DNA of 64,000 nucleotides from Escherichia coli (GTDB lineage Bacteria; Pseudomonadota; Gammaproteobacteria; Enterobacterales; Enterobacteriaceae): NCBI RefSeq assembly GCF_003019035.1, contig NZ_CP027447.1; one strand, 5' to 3'. Shown piece by piece: positions 59,304 to 64,000 of this stretch (position 1 is its first letter; each line of letters starts with the position of its first letter). The notes under the pieces were generated by a model. It saw only the letters and a program-made list of their open reading frames with translations, ran no database searches and was not told where the DNA came from. The position numbers and the translations under genes were made by a program.

Positions 59304-60449
59304 ATGAGCAAGATATTTGCCCGCAGCAGCCTGTGTGCGCTCACCATGACAATAATGACCGCTCACGCCGCCGAACCGCCTACCAATTTAGATAAACCGG
59401 AAGGGCGACTGGATATTATCGCCTGGCCGGGATACATCGAACGCGGACAAACTGATAAACAATACGACTGGGTAACGCAATTCGAAAAAGAGACAGGCTG
59501 CGCGGTGAATGTGAAAACCGCCGCGACTTCCGATGAAATGGTCAGTCTGATGACCAAAGGGGGTTACGATCTGGTTACGGCATCCGGCGATGCCTCGCTG
59601 CGCCTGATTATGGGCAAACGCGTGCAGCCGATTAATACCGCCTTGATTCCCAACTGGAAAGCGCTCGATCCGCGCGTGGTTAAAGGCGACTGGTTTAACG
59701 TTGGCGGCAAAGTTTACGGCACACCTTACCAATGGGGGCCGAACCTGCTGATGTACAACACTAAAACCTTCCCGACGCCGCCGAATAGCTGGCAAGTGGT
59801 TTTTGTTGAGCAGAATCTGCCGGACGGCAAGAGCAATAAAGGCCGGGTACAGGCTTATGATGGCCCTATCTACATTGCGGATGCCGCGTTGTTCGTCAAA
59901 GCCACGCAGCCACAGTTGGGCATCAGCGATCCGTATCAACTCACCGAAGAACAGTACCAGGCGGTGCTGAAAGTGCTGCGCGATCAACATAGTTTGATCC
60001 ATCGCTACTGGCATGACACTACCGTGCAAATGAGCGATTTCAAAAACGAGGGTGTGGTTGCTTCCAGTGCATGGCCCTATCAGGCCAACGCCCTGAAAGC
60101 CGAAGGCCAGCCTGTCGCTACCGTTTTCCCGAAGGAGGGCGTTACCGGTTGGGCTGATACCACCATGCTACATAGCGAAGCGAAACATCCGGTTTGCGCC
60201 TACAAATGGATGAACTGGTCATTAACCCCAAAAGTGCAGGGCGATGTGGCGGCCTGGTTTGGCTCGCTACCAGTAGTGCCGCAAGGGTGTAAAGCCAGTC
60301 CGTTATTAGGCGAGAAAGGTTGTGAAACAAACGGTTTTAACTATTTCGATAAAATCGCCTTCTGGAAAACGCCTATAGCAGAAGGGGGCAAGTTTGTTCC
60401 CTACAGTCGCTGGACGCAGGATTACATTGCCATTATGGGTGGTCGCTAA
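59304..60449 (+). CDS. ydcS: Periplasmic substrate-binding protein of ABC transporter (polyamine-type), 381 aa
   Basis: ORF track; signal peptide; AGGAG RBS. Confidence 0.9.
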   Translation: MSKIFARSSLCALTMTIMTAHAAEPPTNLDKPEGRLDIIAWPGYIERGQTDKQYDWVTQFEKETGCAVNVKTAATSDEMVSLMTKGGYDLVTASGDASLRLIMGKRVQPINTALIPNWKALDPRVVKGDWFNVGGKVYGTPYQWGPNLLMYNTKTFPTPPNSWQVVFVEQNLPDGKSNKGRVQAYDGPIYIADAALFVKATQPQLGISDPYQLTEEQYQAVLKVLRDQHSLIHRYWHDTTVQMSDFKNEGVVASSAWPYQANALKAEGQPVATVFPKEGVTGWADTTMLHSEAKHPVCAYKWMNWSLTPKVQGDVAAWFGSLPVVPQGCKASPLLGEKGCETNGFNYFDKIAFWKTPIAEGGKFVPYSRWTQDYIAIMGGR

Positions 60450-60466
60450 CTTCGCTGGGGTGTTTT

Positions 60467-61480
60467 ATGACGTACGCAGTGGAGTTTGACAACGTCTCAC
60501 GGTTGTACGGTGACGTGCGCGCAGTAGATGGCGTCAGTATTGCGATAAAAGATGGTGAGTTCTTCTCTATGCTGGGGCCGTCCGGTTCCGGCAAAACCAC
60601 CTGCCTGCGCCTGATTGCTGGATTCGAACAACTTTCCGGCGGGGCTATCTCTATCTTTGGTAAACCCGCCAGCAATCTGCCACCGTGGGAGCGGGACGTG
60701 AATACTGTCTTCCAGGACTACGCGCTATTTCCGCATATGTCGATTCTTGACAACGTCGCCTACGGGCTGATGGTCAAAGGCGTGGATAAAAAACAGCGGC
60801 ATGCGATGGCGCAAGAGGCGCTGGAGAAAGTGGCGCTGGGTTTTGTTCAGCAACGTAAACCGTCACAACTTTCTGGTGGTCAGCGCCAGCGGGTTGCTAT
60901 CGCCAGAGCATTGGTGAATGAACCGCGTGTGTTGTTGCTGGATGAACCGCTCGGCGCACTGGATCTCAAATTGCGTGAGCAGATGCAACTGGAACTGAAA
61001 AAGCTGCAACAGTCTCTCGGTATCACTTTTATCTTCGTTACCCACGATCAGGGCGAAGCGTTATCGATGTCCGATCGTGTGGCGGTTTTCAATAATGGAC
61101 GCATTGAGCAGGTCGATTCCCCGCGCGATCTCTATATGCGCCCGCGCACGCCGTTTGTTGCCGGGTTCGTTGGTACATCGAATGTTTTTGATGCACTGAT
61201 GGCAGAGAAACTTTGTGGCATGACGGGAAGCTTCGCCCTGCGACCGGAACATATCCGCCTCAACACCCCTGGTGAACTGCAGGCCAATGGCACGATCCAG
61301 GCGGTGCAATATCAGGGCGCGGCAACTCGTTTTGAACTGAGACTGAACGGCGGTGAAAAACTGCTTGTGAGTCAGGCCAATATGACAGGCGAAGAACTGC
61401 CTGCCACGCTCACGCCCGGACAACAGGTGATGGTTTCCTGGTCGCGTGATGTGATGGTGCCGCTGGTTGAGGAGAGGTGA
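60467..61480 (+). CDS. ydcT: ABC transporter ATP-binding protein, 337 aa
   Basis: ORF track; Walker A GPSGSGKTT, signature LSGGQRQR, Walker B LLLDEP. Confidence 0.92.
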   Translation: MTYAVEFDNVSRLYGDVRAVDGVSIAIKDGEFFSMLGPSGSGKTTCLRLIAGFEQLSGGAISIFGKPASNLPPWERDVNTVFQDYALFPHMSILDNVAYGLMVKGVDKKQRHAMAQEALEKVALGFVQQRKPSQLSGGQRQRVAIARALVNEPRVLLLDEPLGALDLKLREQMQLELKKLQQSLGITFIFVTHDQGEALSMSDRVAVFNNGRIEQVDSPRDLYMRPRTPFVAGFVGTSNVFDALMAEKLCGMTGSFALRPEHIRLNTPGELQANGTIQAVQYQGAATRFELRLNGGEKLLVSQANMTGEELPATLTPGQQVMVSWSRDVMVPLVEER

Positions 61481-62422
61481 ATGGCGATGAATGTATTGCA
61501 ATCACCTTCACGTCCAGGTCTGGGTAAGGTGTCCGGTTTCTTCTGGCGTAATCCGGGGCTGGGGCTGTTTTTGTTGCTGCTTGGCCCGCTAATGTGGTTT
61601 GGCATTGTCTATTTCGGCTCGCTGCTAACGCTGTTATGGCAGGGCTTTTATACCTTTGACGATTTCACCATGTCGGTAACGCCGGAACTGACGCTGGCGA
61701 ATATCCGTGCGCTGTTTAATCCGGCGAATTACGACATCATTCTCCGCACGCTGACTATGGCTGTGGCAGTCACTATCGCCAGCGCCATTCTGGCTTTTCC
61801 AATGGCGTGGTATATGGCGCGCTATACCAGCGGGAAAATGAAAGCGTTTTTTTATATTGCGGTAATGTTGCCGATGTGGGCGAGCTACATTGTTAAAGCC
61901 TATGCCTGGACGTTATTGCTGGCAAAAGATGGCGTGGCTCAGTGGTTTTTACAACATCTTGGGCTGGAACCACTGCTGACTGCGTTCCTTACATTACCTG
62001 CGGTGGGCGGCAATACGCTGTCAACTTCCGGGCTGGGGCGCTTTCTGGTGTTTCTCTATATCTGGCTGCCGTTCATGATCCTGCCCGTGCAGGCGGCGCT
62101 TGAGCGTTTGCCGCCGTCATTGTTGCAGGCGTCAGCTGATCTCGGCGCACGTCCACGACAAACCTTTCGCTATGTGGTGCTGCCGCTGGCGATCCCGGGT
62201 ATTGCCGCTGGCTCTATCTTTACCTTCTCACTCACACTGGGCGATTTTATTGTCCCGCAGCTGGTTGGCCCTCCAGGATATTTTATCGGCAATATGGTTT
62301 ATTCCCAGCAGGGGGCGATTGGCAATATGCCGATGGCGGCGGCATTCACCCTGGTGCCGATTGTTCTCATCGCACTCTATCTGGCGTTCGTGAAACGTCT
62401 GGGAGCGTTCGATGCACTCTGA
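61481..62422 (+). CDS. ydcU: ABC transporter permease, 313 aa
   Basis: ORF track; start adjacent to ydcT stop. Confidence 0.9.
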
Positions 62423-63206
62423 ACGCGCACCGTTTTTCCTCAAACTGGCGGCCTGGGGCGGCGTGGTTTTCCTACATTTTCCCATCCTGATTATCGCCGC
62501 CTATGCGTTTAACACTGAAGATGCGGCGTTTAGTTTTCCACCGCAAGGCCTGACGCTGCGCTGGTTTAGCGTGGCAGCACAGCGTAGTGATATTCTTGAT
62601 GCCGTGACACTGTCACTTAAAGTGGCAGCGCTGGCGACATTAATCGCGCTGGTGTTAGGGACGCTGGCCGCTGCCGCGCTGTGGCGACGAGACTTTTTCG
62701 GCAAAAACGCCATTTCGCTGTTACTGCTGCTGCCCATTGCGCTGCCGGGCATTGTCACTGGTCTGGCGCTATTAACCGCCTTTAAAACCATCAATCTGGA
62801 GCCGGGATTTTTCACCATCGTGGTCGGCCATGCGACTTTTTGCGTAGTGGTGGTGTTTAACAATGTCATCGCCCGTTTTCGCCGCACCTCGTGGAGTCTG
62901 GTTGAGGCGTCAATGGATCTTGGGGCCAATGGCTGGCAAACCTTCCGCTACGTAGTGTTGCCGAATCTCAGTTCGGCGCTACTGGCAGGAGGAATGCTGG
63001 CGTTTGCCTTGTCGTTCGATGAAATCATCGTGACGACCTTTACGGCAGGTCATGAACGAACGTTACCGTTGTGGTTGCTCAATCAGCTTGGGCGACCGCG
63101 TGATGTACCGGTAACCAACGTGGTGGCACTGCTGGTTATGTTGGTAACAACCTTGCCGATCCTGGGGGCCTGGTGGCTAACCCGCGAAGGCGACAATGGT
63201 CAATAA
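62412..63206 (+). CDS. ydcV: ABC transporter permease, 264 aa
   Basis: ORF track; 11-bp overlap with ydcU. Confidence 0.9.
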
Positions 63207-63227
63207 CCACTGATACAGGAATATGCT

Positions 63228-64000
63228 ATGCAACATAAGTTACTGATTAACGGAGAACTGGTTAGCGGCGAAGGGGAAAAACAGCCTGTTTATAATCCGG
63301 CAACGGGGGACGTTTTACTTGAGATTGCCGAGGCATCCGCAGAGCAGGTGGATGCTGCTGTGCGCGCGGCAGATGCAGCATTTGCCGAATGGGGGCAAAC
63401 CACGCCGAAAGCGCGTGCGGAATACCTGCTGAAACTGGCGGATGTTATCGAAGACAATGGTCAGGTTTTTGCTGAACTGGAATCCCGTAATTGTGGCAAA
63501 CCGCTGCATAGTGCGTTCAATGATGAAATTCCGGCGATTGTCGATGTCTTTCGCTTTTTCGCTGGTGCGGCGCGCTGTCTGAATGGTCTGGCGGCAGGTG
63601 AATATCTCGAAGGCCACACATCGATGATCCGTCGCGATCCGGTGGGGGTGGTGGCCTCTATTGCCCCGTGGAACTACCCGCTGATGATGGCGGCGTGGAA
63701 ACTGGCTCCGGCGTTGGCGGCAGGGAATTGTGTGGTACTCAAGCCCTCGGAAATCACGCCCCTCACTGCCCTGAAGCTGGCTGAGCTGGCGAAAGATATC
63801 TTCCCGGCAGGCGTGATTAACGTACTGTTTGGCAGAGGCAAAACGGTGGGCGATCCGCTGACCGGACATCCCAAAGTGCGGATGGTGTCGCTCACGGGCT
63901 CTATCGCCACTGGGGAACACATCATCAGCCATACCGCGCCGTCCATAAAGCGTACTCATATGGAACTTGGAGGCAAAGCACCAGTGATAGTTTTTGATGA
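63228..64000 (+). CDS. patD: Gamma-aminobutyraldehyde dehydrogenase, N-terminal part; gene runs off the window end
   Basis: ATG at 63228 translates MQHKLLINGELVSGEGEKQPVYNPATGDVLLEIAEASAEQVDAA...; ALDH family; no stop before window end. Confidence 0.88.
   Translation, partial: MQHKLLINGELVSGEGEKQPVYNPATGDVLLEIAEASAEQVDAAVRAADAAFAEWGQTTPKARAEYLLKLADVIEDNGQVFAELESRNCGKPLHSAFNDEIPAIVDVFRFFAGAARCLNGLAAGEYLEGHTSMIRRDPVGVVASIAPWNYPLMMAAWKLAPALAAGNCVVLKPSEITPLTALKLAELAKDIFPAGVINVLFGRGKTVGDPLTGHPKVRMVSLTGSIATGEHIISHTAPSIKRTHMELGGKAPVIVFD

Noticed and set aside
59388-60029. 213-aa minus-strand ORF
   Set aside because: Antisense within ydcS.
63315-63959. 214-aa minus-strand ORF
   Set aside because: Antisense within patD, whose frame carries clear ALDH-family sequence.

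Overview
This window is an Escherichia coli-type chromosomal segment, colinear with the K-12 region running from dgcM/zntB through ldhA, hrpA, trg and tehAB to ydcSTUV/patD. The gene identifications rest on recalled protein sequences and lengths, not on a database search. Nearly all of it is ordinary, well-known core genome: about 55 protein genes plus sRNAs (fnrS, micC, rydC, and the hokB/mokB type I toxin locus). I did not find a clearly novel, self-contained system. The most interesting material is (1) a ~6 kb autotransporter gene (ydbA-like) that has a 14-copy 21-bp tandem repeat and is split by a -1 frameshift at a G6 tract; (2) the poorly characterised ynbABCD lipid-enzyme operon, whose last gene carries an in-frame amber codon inside a PAP2 motif; (3) an IS200/IS605-family element with an intact TnpB and a truncated TnpA; and (4) a strongly ribosome-binding-site-led, proline-rich 57-codon ORF between fnrS and dbpA. 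Relative to K-12 as I remember it, this strain lacks the Rac prophage, the feaRB-tynA-paa island, the IS2/IS30 insertions in ydbA, and hicAB, and has an intact gapC. Coordinates for features not taken from the ORF track (sRNAs, terminators, promoter boxes) are approximate to a few bases.
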